Of a DNA stretch of 64,000 nucleotides, positions 10,630 through 23,178 are shown piece after piece. Position 1 is the first letter of the stretch, and every line of letters begins with the position of its first letter. The stretch is from a virus. The notes under the pieces were generated by a model, which worked only from the letters and a program-made list of their open reading frames with translations, made no database searches and had not been told where the DNA came from. A program made the translations under genes and the position numbers. The stretch spans positions 27,136 through 91,135 of IMG/VR virus record IMGVR_UViG_3300027861_000017. One strand, 5' to 3'.

Positions 10630-10711
10630 TTGGAGCGGAGGGATTTGAACCCTCAATCCTTTCGGCGCAGAGGCTTAAACCCTGCGTGTATACCAGTTCC
10701 ACCACGCTCCA
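10630..10711 (-). tRNA. tRNA-Leu(TAA), CCA not encoded
   Basis: Cloverleaf TGGAGCG/CGCTCCA, anticodon loop TT-TAA-GC, variable arm, TTCAAAT T-loop. Confidence 0.9.
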
Positions 10712-11694
10712 TTATTTATTTCCAGTTATCTAGTTTAGAAATTACCGTGCTTATAAACCAAGGTACTTGAGTTAAGACTAGAAGAAAACCCATTAAAAAA
10801 TCCACCTCTACCATTAGTATGCCATTCAAAGGCATAACCACAAAAACTACAAGAGCTGCATAATAGGGGCTTTTCATAAAATTAAACATAGTATCCTCCT
10901 AAAGTGTTATCAAATTTCATCTATATTTTTTAAGCTCTCCATTGAAATATTCAGCCATTTCTTTAGTAAATCTTTCATTAGATGTATATAAATCAATCAT
11001 TTTAATTAATTTAATACGATCATCATAATCTAATACTCTAGCTATAGCATCTAAATCTATATCAATCTCTATTTTCATTATTCAACTCCCCTCTACGACA
11101 GAATCGTAGAACTCTAACATATCTCTAACCAAAACTTTTTTCCAATTATTGAAGATCTTACTAGTACCATCACCCATATTGAACATCTTCCTAAGAGGCA
11201 ATACCACGGAGTCGTCTTCTCTGAATTCTGGTCTACAAGGCCTGTCAATATAAGCATTACGCTTTTTATAACAAGCTCGAAACCACCTATCCTTGAACTC
11301 GTATTGCTTATCCATCCAACGCCATTCTGGATGTTCAGCCACAACATCTCTATTTAACACACAGAAAGAGACATTAGACCAATTACACAGCTCTCCAGTA
11401 TCTATACTTTCTAACACATGGATAGTATCGAAACTATCATTCCTGGGTATCTTTTCTATGTACCATGATAAATACCATTCTGAAGCGGGTGCAGATTGTA
11501 ATGATACTAGATCTCCTACCTTCGGATCTTCTAAGGGCAAGAAAGCATTTTCGCCTAACCCACCTTGATTGTTTCCAATGCCATAATTACGAGATAAGCA
11601 AAATCTAGTTATGTAAGATAATATATCTATTTTAGCTCTGGTTTTAATCATCTCCATACTCCTAAAGTGTTATAAAGTCTCATTATTAAACTAT

Positions 11695-11744
11695 CTCCTC
11701 CAATACAATAAAAACATTCTCCCATATGATCATATCATTGTCAA
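11695..11744 (-). promoter_or_regulatory. Repeated promoter/leader cassette
   Basis: TTGACA-17-GAGAAT then GTTTTTATTGTATTGGAGGAG; near-identical copies at about 60.0, 61.5 and 62.2 kb. Confidence 0.75.
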
Positions 11745-11960
11745 GCTAATAACAATCACAAATCATTTTCATGTACAAGTCTCCTGGTGTAGACAAATCT
11801 ATCTTCAAAGCCATTGGCATAAACTACTATAATACCGGTTGAATCTTCCTTAAAGGTAGCATCATCTAACATTTCTATTATCTCTTCTAGGGTGTAATCT
11901 TCCATTAGAGATCTAGTTATATCCAATCTATCATCTTCACTTATTTCATACATTGTTATC

Positions 11961-12008
11961 CTCCTTGAGTTTTCATCTTAATTTATCACGACAAATAATT
12001 GCTGTCAA
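11961..12008 (-). promoter_or_regulatory. Sigma70-type promoter/leader, second class
   Basis: TTGACA-17-TAAATT with TG extension; leader nearly identical to 12812..12860. Confidence 0.65.
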
Positions 12009-12811
12009 GCTAACATTAACTGCTAACCCATATTCCACCTACTTAACTCCATAGCTTGTCTTTTTGTTTTACGATGTGGCTCTCCATATCCAGATAATTG
12101 TTCTTCAAAATATTGTATATCTTCTTCACATCTATCAACAGCATTAAGATAATACTCTTCAATCCAACCATGATCAAGTATAGTTCTACCTTGGCTTGTT
12201 CCTCTATAAAACAACCCATGTGGGTCATTAGCTAAAACCACAACACATTCCACCTTAACGCCTCTCTCTAAACATAGCCTATTAACCCTATCTGCCTCTT
12301 TTAAATTCGCAAAAACTATTCTATCACCATCTTTAACGCTCTCAACAAGTGATGTGGTTCTATGGGTTGCCCTAGAAGCTTGAAAATAAACAAACAATGC
12401 AGCTTTTACAGCTTGACCTATTCCGAAAAAATCCATGTTATAATATCTCCCAATCATCGTCATTATTAAAATACTCACCTTCAACTCCCCAACCCTGATC
12501 AGGATCATCATCTGATTTGGTTTTGGGAACCTCACCTGTATAACATCTAGTGTGTATAGCTGCTATACCACTTGACTCATCTCCATCAAACATAAGACCT
12601 ACAACATCATCCCAATCCATATCCCATTCTATAGAATCATCTGAATCTTTAGTGAATACCCTCCCATAAGAATCATATTCACCACTCATATGTTGGACAA
12701 CATCTCCATTCTTTAACAAAAACAACTCCACTTTCTGACCTCTAAAACTATTAGATAAAATAGCTTTACCACACTCTTTACACATGAAACTAAAATAACC
12801 CATATTGTGAT

Positions 12812-12860
12812 CTCCTTAAGTTTTTATCTTAATTTATCATGATTGTTAGATGATTGTCAA
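12812..12860 (-). promoter_or_regulatory. Sigma70-type promoter/leader overlapping the terL 3' end
   Basis: TTGACA-18-TAAATT, leader AAGATAAAAACTTAAGGAG. Confidence 0.65.
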
Positions 12861-14522
12861 TCCTTTTTTTGCGTATTTGGTACCAGTTTTTTGAGTTCTT
12901 AATATTCTACACATAGCGTTTAAAGTAGCGGAGACACCATCGTATTTATTTGCGTCAATCTCTTTATAAGGGAATACGTTATCATTTTTGTCATGCCTTC
13001 CACAGGTATTGCCAATCATCCATTTGAAAACCGGATCACCATTATGATGAATCTTATTCTCGAACATAACGGCATCTAGCTCTTTCATAGGTTCAGATAG
13101 AAACTTAACAACCTGTGGTATTTCTACTACAGTTATTTTTAATTTCTGTAAAGTTTGAACTAATTGAGCGGCATTCCATGGATCGGTACAAACTTCTTGT
13201 ATTTGATATTCCTTACCTAATTCTAATAAATCTTCCAATAACACTTCATAGTCTACCATACTACCCATTGTGGTTGTGAGCCAACCTTCCTTAACCCACG
13301 TTTGATAATGAGTCTTATCTTCTCCTTCTGTGGCATCTTCTGGTAAATAGTTCTTAAGAAATGCATAGTAGTCATCATCACGCTTAAATAGTATAGCCAT
13401 TGATGTTATATCTAGCTTGCTAGATAAATCCAAACCTACCCAACAATCTTCGCCTTTAAAATCTTCCATTTTCAAATCTTTATCACCACACTTATCCCAT
13501 GCAACAATATTGAAATACCCTTTTCCAGAATTCATCCATTGATTCAGATGCTTACACCTATTTATATTCTGTTTTGAAGCTCTCTGCATCGCTTCGGTAT
13601 AGCGTGGTTTTAGCTTATCTTCCAATATGGAAATGCCGAAATTAGGGTTAGCCTTTTTCCACATTTCAAAATCAGTCCAATCATCTTCCTTATCCAGTGT
13701 GTAAATGATGCCATATATGTTTTCGTTATCTATACTGCCATCTAATATTTTACAAATCTGATTTCTCTTATCATAACAAGGAGAGCTAGTATCAACTCCT
13801 GCTGTCGTGATAACTAACATTAATGGTGACTCCCTAGATAGCATCCCAGTGATCATAGAATCATAAAGTACCGGTTTCTTGTGCTCATGAAATTCATCGC
13901 AGATCGCAAGGCTTGCTGAAGCACCGTCACCTGGGTCACCAATTAAAGGCTCGAATTTACTACCATTTTCGATACAACACAGATTTGATGCATTGGATAA
14001 TATGTCATAATGCTCCAAGAACCCTTCGGCTCTTTCTGCCATCCACTTGGCTGGCTGGAATACACACCAGCTCTGTTTTTCGCTTGTCGCGCCGGAGTAA
14101 ATCTCAGCACCTATCTCACCATCCTCTACAAACATATATAAACCAATAGCAGCGGCTAATATTGATTTACCGTTTTTTCTAGGTATTTCTAAATACGCTT
14201 CACCAAATCTTCTAGAACCATTACTTGTTTTAATCCAACCAAACATAGTTGTTACATTAAATATTTGCCATGGCTCTAATTTAAGTAATAATTTTTGTTT
14301 TGCCCATAACCCCTTTACATGGGGTAACCTCTCAATAAAAGCGCATATCTTGTCTGCTAAATAGGGTACAAAATAATAAGGAGCGTCTTCGTCGTTCCAA
14401 CGCTCCAAATCATCTTTCTGTCTTTGGCATGCTTGTTTAACCTGTTCGCATGCTGGTATTTTTTCGCTCAATATGTCTTCTATATATTGATTCGCAATAG
14501 CAACATAATCTTTATCAGCCAT
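12846..14522 (-). CDS. terL: Terminase large subunit (Terminase_1 / HK97-like cos type)
   Basis: LEPWQ, Walker A IPRKNGKS, Walker B ICDEFHEH, ITTAG, nuclease VGLDLSS, DPWNA, KYDGVSA. Confidence 0.95.
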   Translation of the reverse strand: MADKDYVAIANQYIEDILSEKIPACEQVKQACQRQKDDLERWNDEDAPYYFVPYLADKICAFIERLPHVKGLWAKQKLLLKLEPWQIFNVTTMFGWIKTSNGSRRFGEAYLEIPRKNGKSILAAAIGLYMFVEDGEIGAEIYSGATSEKQSWCVFQPAKWMAERAEGFLEHYDILSNASNLCCIENGSKFEPLIGDPGDGASASLAICDEFHEHKKPVLYDSMITGMLSRESPLMLVITTAGVDTSSPCYDKRNQICKILDGSIDNENIYGIIYTLDKEDDWTDFEMWKKANPNFGISILEDKLKPRYTEAMQRASKQNINRCKHLNQWMNSGKGYFNIVAWDKCGDKDLKMEDFKGEDCWVGLDLSSKLDITSMAILFKRDDDYYAFLKNYLPEDATEGEDKTHYQTWVKEGWLTTTMGSMVDYEVLLEDLLELGKEYQIQEVCTDPWNAAQLVQTLQKLKITVVEIPQVVKFLSEPMKELDAVMFENKIHHNGDPVFKWMIGNTCGRHDKNDNVFPYKEIDANKYDGVSATLNAMCRILRTQKTGTKYAKKGLTII

Positions 14523-15034
14523 TATAAGTCCCCCCAACCCTTATCTTTCTTTTTAGGGTTGTTGACTTTAATACGTGACCTAGCTGATGGACTGAGGCCC
14601 AACTCAGCACCAATCTTTCTCATCTGTTCGAAGGCTTTGTTGGAAACCCACAAATATGGTGAAGTTATGACATTGCCACCTGATTTTGTCTCCTCTATAG
14701 TTCCATCTCTTTTAGTTTTAGTGGTAACTTTTTGACCAGTTATAGATAGGGTTCCCTTCTCCAGAACTTTTTTTTCTGCTGCCACCCATCTGCTATAAGC
14801 TATACAGTACGCTTCTAGTAATGCGTGGTCCATCTCACACAAAATATCCACATTTAATAGCTCTACAGTTATTCTATCCCACTCTTCCTTAGCCAACTTA
14901 TCATTGGCTATCCATTCTGGACAGTCAGGGGCCTTGATCTCTGGCTTTGGCTCGTTTTCATTAAGGGGTCTGCCCCCTGGATTGTTCATTAATTTTTTTA
15001 TAGCCGTTGGTAATGGCTTTCGTCCTTTTGTCAT
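14522..15034 (-). CDS. terS: Terminase small subunit, P27 family
   Basis: GRKPLPTAIKKL..NPGGRPLN, LEAYCIAYSRW, ELGLSPSARSRI; abuts terL. Confidence 0.92.
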   Translation of the reverse strand: MTKGRKPLPTAIKKLMNNPGGRPLNENEPKPEIKAPDCPEWIANDKLAKEEWDRITVELLNVDILCEMDHALLEAYCIAYSRWVAAEKKVLEKGTLSITGQKVTTKTKRDGTIEETKSGGNVITSPYLWVSNKAFEQMRKIGAELGLSPSARSRIKVNNPKKKDKGWGDL

Positions 15035-15102
15035 TATTCATATCCTTTCCCCTCCATTTCTTGTTAATATTATACCATCCCCATGGTAATGAATTATTAA
15101 AT

Positions 15103-16281
15103 TTAAAATTTAAAGCCAAGTTGAAATTCGCCGTCCATCTTATTGTTTTTACGATTATTATCTATACCCCACAAAGGTTGTAAATTAGATAACATCCAAC
15201 ATCTTTTAAAATTTAAATGTTCTGGTTTTGTGAAATCAAAAAAACTTTGAGGTGTTATATGGTCAATTTCCCAACCATTTTTGCCATAATTATCCCAGTT
15301 CATGCCATCTGTAAACTGTTTTTCTAGATGGTTCCTTAGTTCATCTAAAGTATAACCAACTAAATCTTCCCAATGTCTTCCGGCTTTATTGCCATGTAAA
15401 GAGGCTCTAATAGCGTTAGAAATATTGGCATTCAACCTATTGGATGGGATTAACCTTGCTTTCTTGTTATATTCACTCTTATATTTTCTCTGACTTGGGG
15501 TTTTTCTATATTCTTTTTGATATGCACGTCTACGCTCTATAACATCTTGCCTAGAATTGTATTCTTTTCTAAAATTCTTTTTGTGTTCTATAACTTCAGG
15601 CCTTTGATAATATGCCTCAATGCGCTTTATAGTATCTGGCATTCTACGATATTCTCTTTTATGTAATTTCTTTTTCTCTTTTATGTCATCTCTAGAATTA
15701 TGTTTCTTATCATATTCTCTCTCTAATTTTTTAGTTTCCGGTCTACTCCTATATTCTTTTCTATATTCACTTCTTCGCTTTTTAACTTCTGGGTCATTAT
15801 GATACTTATCACGACAGTCAATGCACCTCGAACTTAGTCCATATTTTTTTGTTTTATCTTTATTGAACGCTCTAGCGGGTTTATTTTCTTCGCATCCAGT
15901 ACATTTCTTATAATCACATTTAATGTCACCACGTTTTTCCTTTTTATATTTCTCCCTATATTCTTTACATGATTCCCTTGAACAATCCTTACATTTATTA
16001 TCAAGCCCGTCTTTCGTGCTTCTATTATTATAAAACTCTTTTAATGATTTTTCATTATCACATCTACTGCATATTTTATGTCCATCTCTTGGTTTTATTT
16101 TCTTCTTTACTGTACGTGTTCCATTCTTGAGTTCTTTTTGATATCGTTCATAATATTCCCTCTTACATTCCTTGCAGGTGGTACTTAATTTATCCTTTTT
16201 ATTTATATCTTTATTAAATTCTACTAAATCCTTAACCTCTTTACAATTGCCACACTTTTTACCCATATACCCTCCACTCAA
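15103..16281 (-). CDS. HNH endonuclease with three Cys4 repeats (homing-endonuclease-like)
   Basis: Three KxCxxC...FxKD...CxxC repeats, a basic helical linker, and C-terminal WEIDHITP...NLQPLW..DN..K. Confidence 0.8.
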   Translation of the reverse strand: MSGGYMGKKCGNCKEVKDLVEFNKDINKKDKLSTTCKECKREYYERYQKELKNGTRTVKKKIKPRDGHKICSRCDNEKSLKEFYNNRSTKDGLDNKCKDCSRESCKEYREKYKKEKRGDIKCDYKKCTGCEENKPARAFNKDKTKKYGLSSRCIDCRDKYHNDPEVKKRRSEYRKEYRSRPETKKLEREYDKKHNSRDDIKEKKKLHKREYRRMPDTIKRIEAYYQRPEVIEHKKNFRKEYNSRQDVIERRRAYQKEYRKTPSQRKYKSEYNKKARLIPSNRLNANISNAIRASLHGNKAGRHWEDLVGYTLDELRNHLEKQFTDGMNWDNYGKNGWEIDHITPQSFFDFTKPEHLNFKRCWMLSNLQPLWGIDNNRKNNKMDGEFQLGFKF

Positions 16282-16751
16282 ACATACTTACTATACATTC
16301 TCATGCCTCTAATAACTCCATGACCACCATTAAATTTAAAATAATACTGCTCATTATCATCCCTCCGTGAAAATAACTTAACATCTGGCAAATCTTTAAT
16401 CATTTCCAACAAAAATGCGTTAAGACCATGACCATCAAATTCAAGATATCCTTCTTTATCGCACTTATGACAAATCTTAACACTGAACTCTCCATGACAA
16501 ACTGGGCATGATCTTGAATCATATAGTAATTCGTAGGGAGGTAAATCAACCCATTCCCCATCCTGATCAGGCTGCCATTGAAGCGTATTTTTGATTGGAG
16601 CTTCACGGGTAACGCCCTCAACAGTATCAAGTGGGACCCTTATTATGATACACCCATTCGTAGCACAAGCCCATCCATCCATAACAAACGGGTAGTTAAA
16701 TTTAAAATCCTCATGCTTGTTGCAAAAGCTTTGTAATAAATCCTTATCCAT
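16278..16751 (-). CDS. Phage protein, paralog of 18795..19391
   Basis: Shared LLQSFC, CATxG and EFDGHGLNA.LLE.IKDLP.VKLFSRRD motifs. Confidence 0.65.
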   Translation of the reverse strand: MDKDLLQSFCNKHEDFKFNYPFVMDGWACATNGCIIIRVPLDTVEGVTREAPIKNTLQWQPDQDGEWVDLPPYELLYDSRSCPVCHGEFSVKICHKCDKEGYLEFDGHGLNAFLLEMIKDLPDVKLFSRRDDNEQYYFKFNGGHGVIRGMRMYSKYV

Positions 16752-17642
16752 TATTCATCTCCTTATTGTTTATTTTATCTCCCAATCCCCACACCCCTCC
16801 TGCCCAGCTCCAAAATACCCACCATCCTTCCCAGCTATAGAGCATGTTCCATGGCTCCATTGTATTTTGTAGAAGTTTTTGCAACTATCGCATCTTTTAA
16901 TCTCTTCACTCATATTGATTTTATCCTTTTTACTTGAGATTCCAACAACCATCTTTCACCATCGAAAACATATCTAAATAAATATGTTGGCATAAATGGT
17001 AATTTTATTTTTTTGGATATCTCAAAATACACATCTCCTATATTAGCTTCTTTATTTTCGAATCTAAATTTATTACTAGGATATTGTTTTTGAATAAAAA
17101 ATATCTCCTTTAACCTCTTTATCATTCTTCTACCTCCTTAAAACATCCATAATGAGAATTATAATCAGTATCTCTTTTTATCCACCATCCCCATTTGTCA
17201 CATGTGGTACCTACTATGCTGTCCATTATATCGGAATAATATTTACAGTTACTGCACTTCTTTTTATTGGAGGTTACAGCACTCTCTTTATTCATCTCTT
17301 ATCTCACTCTCATAAAGAGCTTGTTCTAGCTCCTCAACTCTATCTTCTAATTCCCTCACTCGTACAAATGCAACATCTGGTCGATGTCCAAACATCTTAG
17401 CTATATCAGCAAGCCTTTGATCTCCACCACAATATTTACAATTCTTACTGATCATATCCTCTGGATCGTCTAGGTATTCTTTGTGGGTCTTATTTAACTC
17501 GATGTATCTCCTCTCTAGACTGAGACAAGATACTACGGCTTGACGTTTACTCTCAAATAATTCTTCAAATTCTATATCGTACATATTATTTCCTTTTTTT
17601 ATTGGAGGAGGTAAGCTTTCTTTTTAATTGATACTCTCCTCC

Positions 17643-18044
17643 TTAACGGTTGGATTTTAAAACACTCAATATCCCATCAAGATCTAACCCAACATGAGCC
17701 CATCCACCTCTTTTATTTATAAGTTCAGCTACAGCCAATAAAGATTTATATTGTCCTTTGTCGAATCCATCAGGCACCACCTGGAATAGACAGAACTTAT
17801 CTTTAGTAAAAACGCTATCCACAGCCTCTGCTATGCTAAAAACTCCAGTCATCTCTTTTGTTATTACATATAAATGGAAATAACATTCCTCTTTCTGCCT
17901 GTATTCCTCTTCCTGACATTCTGGAGTCCAATCATCAACAACGGGATTAAAAAAATCTATCTTGTTGGCCTCTAAAAATGGTATTAGCTCATCTCTCCAA
18001 GTACTATTATTATATGTCCCACCTAAAAATACTTTCTTATCCAT
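17643..18044 (-). CDS. Nucleoside 2-deoxyribosyltransferase-like protein
   Basis: KVFLGGT.N.STWR, FFNPVVDDW, GVFSIAEAV. Confidence 0.8.
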   Translation of the reverse strand: MDKKVFLGGTYNNSTWRDELIPFLEANKIDFFNPVVDDWTPECQEEEYRQKEECYFHLYVITKEMTGVFSIAEAVDSVFTKDKFCLFQVVPDGFDKGQYKSLLAVAELINKRGGWAHVGLDLDGILSVLKSNR

Positions 18045-18794
18045 GTATCTTCTCCTCTATGAGTGTTTATTAAACTTCCTTTTTATAGTTAAACCCGTAG
18101 TCTTTCCAATGTTCACCATCCACAACATCTTCCCAGTCTTTCACCTTCTTGACATGCCATTTTTCATCATTATTTACATCAACTGATGCAATCCCCATTA
18201 CGAAAGGATCGTTTTTTATGGTTGCGCCAACTAAATCTGGTCGGTCATCCACTACAACAGAAAGACCACAAAAATCCATAATCCCCAATTTATCTCTTGT
18301 AGCCAAGGAAACTATATCTCCAACCTCTAGCTTGTCTCCATAAGCATCAACTATGGTTGTTTTTATACCACACTCACCATGCTCACATTCCCCTGAATAT
18401 ACTCTCATCTTCTCCATACCTTCCCCCTCATCAATAAATAAACCTATTCTTCCACCACATTATAACCGCCCACCAATATTGAATCTTCCCACATATCGTT
18501 GCAGTCCAGCTATACCTATGCTCGTGATGTACAAAGTCGGAGCATGTCCAATAACCTATGCGCTTTCTTTTCTTCATTCCCTCATCCCCATTATAATTCT
18601 AACAATATCTTTACCAAAATGATCTTCTAAATCTTCTATTCCTTCTTTTAATTTATTTAATTCATACTCTATCTTCCATAAATCTTCGGCTATTGTTTTC
18701 GAAAACTCTACATCTAACTTGAAAAGTATATGGTCCTTCCATGCTTCACCATATCTATCTACTAAATAATCTTCAGCTTCTATGGAGTTCATCT

Positions 18795-19391
18795 TTATCC
18801 CCTCATCCCCATTATAATCCCATGCCCACCATCAAACCTGAAATAAAAATGCTGTTTCTCATCCCTACGTGAAAATAGTTTAACTCCTGGCAGGTCTTTA
18901 ATCTTTTCTAGTAGGAGTGCATTAAGCCCATGACCATCAAATTCTATCCTTGAATAATCCACAGGGTACATATCTCCATCACCATCACACCTTCCACAAA
19001 TATCACCATCACCAGGGATAATGCCTTCACAATCACAATATTTACAATCGCATTCATAGCTGTTGAACTCTGAATCCAACTCAACATACCCGTCTCCGTC
19101 ACATTCAGGACAGATATTTATCTTACCCACACCTTGACAAGCATAGCATACCTCTTTATTGGGTAATTTGTAGGGAGGTAGATCAACCCACTCCCCTTCG
19201 ATACTTGGTTCCCATTGTAATGTTATAATGCTTCCTACTATATGAGCATAGTGCCAATCATATTGCCTTGGTATTCTTATTGCTATTTGTCCATCTGTAG
19301 CGCATATAAAATCGTCAATAATAAATAGTTCTTGAAATGGACTTGAAGCCGACTTACTGCAAAAGCTTTGTAATAGGTATTTATTCATCAC
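18795..19391 (-). CDS. Phage protein with DnaJ-type CxxCxGxG zinc-finger insert
   Basis: Four CxxCxGxG-like repeats. Confidence 0.65.
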   Translation of the reverse strand: MMNKYLLQSFCSKSASSPFQELFIIDDFICATDGQIAIRIPRQYDWHYAHIVGSIITLQWEPSIEGEWVDLPPYKLPNKEVCYACQGVGKINICPECDGDGYVELDSEFNSYECDCKYCDCEGIIPGDGDICGRCDGDGDMYPVDYSRIEFDGHGLNALLLEKIKDLPGVKLFSRRDEKQHFYFRFDGGHGIIMGMRG

Positions 19392-22300
19392 TCCTCCTCT
19401 TGATCAATAATAATTACTGTCTCAAACGGTGGCATCGGTCCCATATAGTAATGCTGTCCTAGAGTAGACATTAAATCCCACATTTGCCAAGTTGACCATC
19501 CTTCCTCATCTTCTTTTTTTGGTTTATAAGTTTTCATATCCCCTAAAATACCAAGGGAACCACTAACAAATTCTTCATGCTGTTCCTTAAGTATCTTACG
19601 TCCTCTTTCTGTAAGCTTAACTTTAACGTAATGATTTATATTAAATTCCATCACTCCTCCCTCTCCTCAGCTTCAATTAGTCTTTTAGCCCATGCAAGAT
19701 ACTCGTCAATGTGTAGACGTGGATCGGCTTTTATGTCAGGTAGTCCTGGTTTATCGTCCATAATCTGCTCGATAGTTTCAGGCTTAATGGGTGGATCTAT
19801 GATCAAAACATCTTTATTCTGATCAAATGCCTTACATGCCTCTGTAAACCCATCTACGAATGAATTGAAATACAAATCCCCCTTATTAGGTATACCATAC
19901 CTAAGCCTGTCAGGGTCAATAACTCGCACTAACCTGTCTAAACCATCAGCTGTATAATCGTTATAGCTCTCCCCTAAGTCTAGATACACATTATCAATAT
20001 CTTCTGGTACCTCCCCAAACCATATAATAGCCACTCTTTTTGTTTTAGGCTCTTCTTTTACCTCTTTAAAGATATGATCTTTTTTACAATCAGCTTCTTC
20101 ACATAGCCTTGCTGCTGCTGCATCGCAATGATTACACGGTAAATCACCAACATAATACTCATGCTCAAAAACCTTCCCACCTATCTCTACTCTATCTGAT
20201 TCTTTCATATCTCCCTCTTATTCCTTACTTAGTATATATTTACAAAGTGATATTATAGTTTCTTCAGTATCAGATAGAGGATCATCGGCTGATCCTAATA
20301 CACGCTTTCTTTGTCTGTATAAAACATAGCAATCCTTAAATAAAATGTTATAATGTGAATCGCTTTCATGTACTTTGTCTATTTCCATGTATACCTCTTA
20401 TCTTTTTTTATTGGAGGAGAAGTTGTTCTCTATGTAGCTTTTGTCTATTACTGTTTAACTACGGCAACAAAAAACCATGCTATAGCCCACACTACACCAA
20501 TAATGCATACACATTCTGGCCAACCCATATTGTTTCTCCTATTGCGCAACCTGCCGTTGCATAAACTTCCTATACTCTTCCTGAAAGACTTCCACATCAT
20601 ACACCCCGCCATCTAACTCATACAAGGCACTCATAACATCTTCTGCCTTCTCAGATGTAGAGCTAACTTCACCCTCTATGCCCATCTCCATCATTAGTTC
20701 GTTTATTGCCATGTATAGATATATTAGTTTTTCTCTGCTTATTTTACTATCTGGTAATCTTGGATGCATATTTTACCCTCCTAACTATTATCAACCAACA
20801 TTTTCAATACCTTCTTCATCTTGTCATCTTGTAGCGCATTTTTTATTAAAGATATTGTTTCCAATAACCCTTCCATTCTATAGGTATTAATACCTTCTAG
20901 GGCTTTATTTATTTCCTGTATATCTCTTTTAAGAGGTTCTAGGCTCTCTCTAACTTTATCCACCCTTTTATACATAGATGGCATTTGGCTGTCCATCTCT
21001 TCAAACATAGCATAAGAAGACTCTAATTGCTCATCCAAGGCTTCCCTATATGCCTTTTTGATCCTTGCAGACCACCCTTTAAATATAACAACATCCTCAT
21101 CTAACGCTTCGAGGCCTGTTTCTATATCTCGTTTTGATTTTGCTATATACTGTATAACTATCTCGCCAGCTTCTACATCATCCTCAAACGATTTGAATTT
21201 ATCAGCTATTTCCTTTGGTACGTATATGTGTTCTTTTTCACCCATTATTCTTCCCCCTCTTCATCTATTAATTCTATGCCTACTAGGGATCTATTTCTAT
21301 ATGTTCCTTTCTCCCTCAACCACATCTCCATAAAATGAACCTCGGTAAAAGTTACATGCTCTTCTCCCATGCCAAACCCATCTGGAGTGCAACACCTTTC
21401 TACACATATAAATTTAATCATTATTCTTCCCCTTAATACAATAATAAAAACGACCTAACTCCCATTACGACCATAAGAACGCCAACACCACAAAAGGTTA
21501 TTGAAAATACAATATCCCAGAACATCATTCCTCCTCCCCATAGTAACAATCTAGTAAGTCTTTTATATCCTCTTCATCCCATCCATCATACTCTAAAGCT
21601 AATTGAGTTTCCTGACGATCACCCTCTTCAGATTCCCACTCACAACCACCGTCCAAAAATTGAGGGCAATAGATACCACAATCTCCATTAATGCCCACTA
21701 CTTCGCATACTGACATTCCAGCCGGATAATTACCATCTATAAAAGCCATAGCGTTACCACAATTATCTACGTCTTCCATAGTACGTATAGGTTTATACCC
21801 GCCATTAGCAGCAGCTTCCCCATAACCATCATACACTTCCTTCCTAGACTCTATGGCAGTTTCTTTCAACTCTCTTATGGAAGCCTTTTCTGGGAGTTTA
21901 TCTAGGGCTATTTCCTTAGCTCTTTTATCTAATTCATTTCTAGGACTAAATGTCATTATTCTTCCCCAATCTTCATAATAAGTTCTTTAAAAGTTGGTGC
22001 TGTGGTAACACTCCATGGGAAGCCACTGACAAGTGTTACGTCACCATCATCATTCATTTCTATTTCATAGCCATCCCTTATTAGAATACCCATCTTCTTA
22101 ATCCCAGCCTCCATAATGTCAGACTCACTGCGTAACTTACTATAACCTTTCACACAATCCTTAAGACAACTATTACATATTTCAAGTTCTTCTATTTCTT
22201 CACTCATTATTCTTTCTCCCCTACCATTTCAATCAAACTTAATAATGTTGATGCAGATTCTAATTTTGTTCCAACTTCGTCTATTAAATATACATACCGT

Positions 22301-23178
22301 TTATTAACGAAATAATTCATCTCACACTCTATGGTTCTGTCATCAAACCCAGTCATGAATTTATTTAATTTCTCAATTCCAGCCTTTATAATATTAAGCT
22401 CGGAGCGCAACCTGTCATTCTCTTTTATGGACTCAACATTACATATCTCACATATACCGCTTAGATCTCTTTCTTCACTCATTATTATCCTCCTTCTCAA
22501 ATCTTTCAAGATCATCTTCCCATGCACAATATTTATCGTAGAAATCTTCTACTGAGTTAAACCATTCTGTTCTTGGTCTCCTAGCTATTAGCTCTTCATG
22601 AGATTCTTTTTTTATTATTGGAGGGGACACATACACACATCTTAATCCGTCATCTGGATGAACATCTATGGTAACTCGATCTGGATGTATAAGATCTACA
22701 TATCCATCAATATAATATGGGTTTAATTTAACATCATCTAATGGTTTCAGTATCTTTAAATTCTTTGATAATTTAACCTTCTGGATAATCCAGTAAGCAT
22801 TTTCTAATTTCGGTTCTTCCCTATCCTCTTTCTGTTTCATTGTTGCTAATTGATCTATGCATTTCTCACACCTTCCACATGAAAAATTCCCGACACAGAT
22901 ATCCCCACTGTATTGATTTTCATCTTTCATAATTTATCCCTCCCTACTATCTAGAGCTTCATCTAATTCTTCCAAGATCTCAAATATTGAACGCCTAACT
23001 CTTGGTTTATATAGTTGCTCTTTTCCCTCCATATCCGGTATAAACTGAACTATGGGTTTCCCCGCCCTCAACTGACAATCAAAAGGTTCACCATCATGGT
23101 AGGGAGTTGGCTCCGACCTATGGCCCCTACAGCCACCTCTCTCACAAAAATCTTTTTTATTACAAACATACCTCATAA

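Noticed and set aside
12023-12845. Portal gene expected after terL
   Set aside because: Only small unrelated ORFs with their own promoters follow; no structural genes are recognisable in the window
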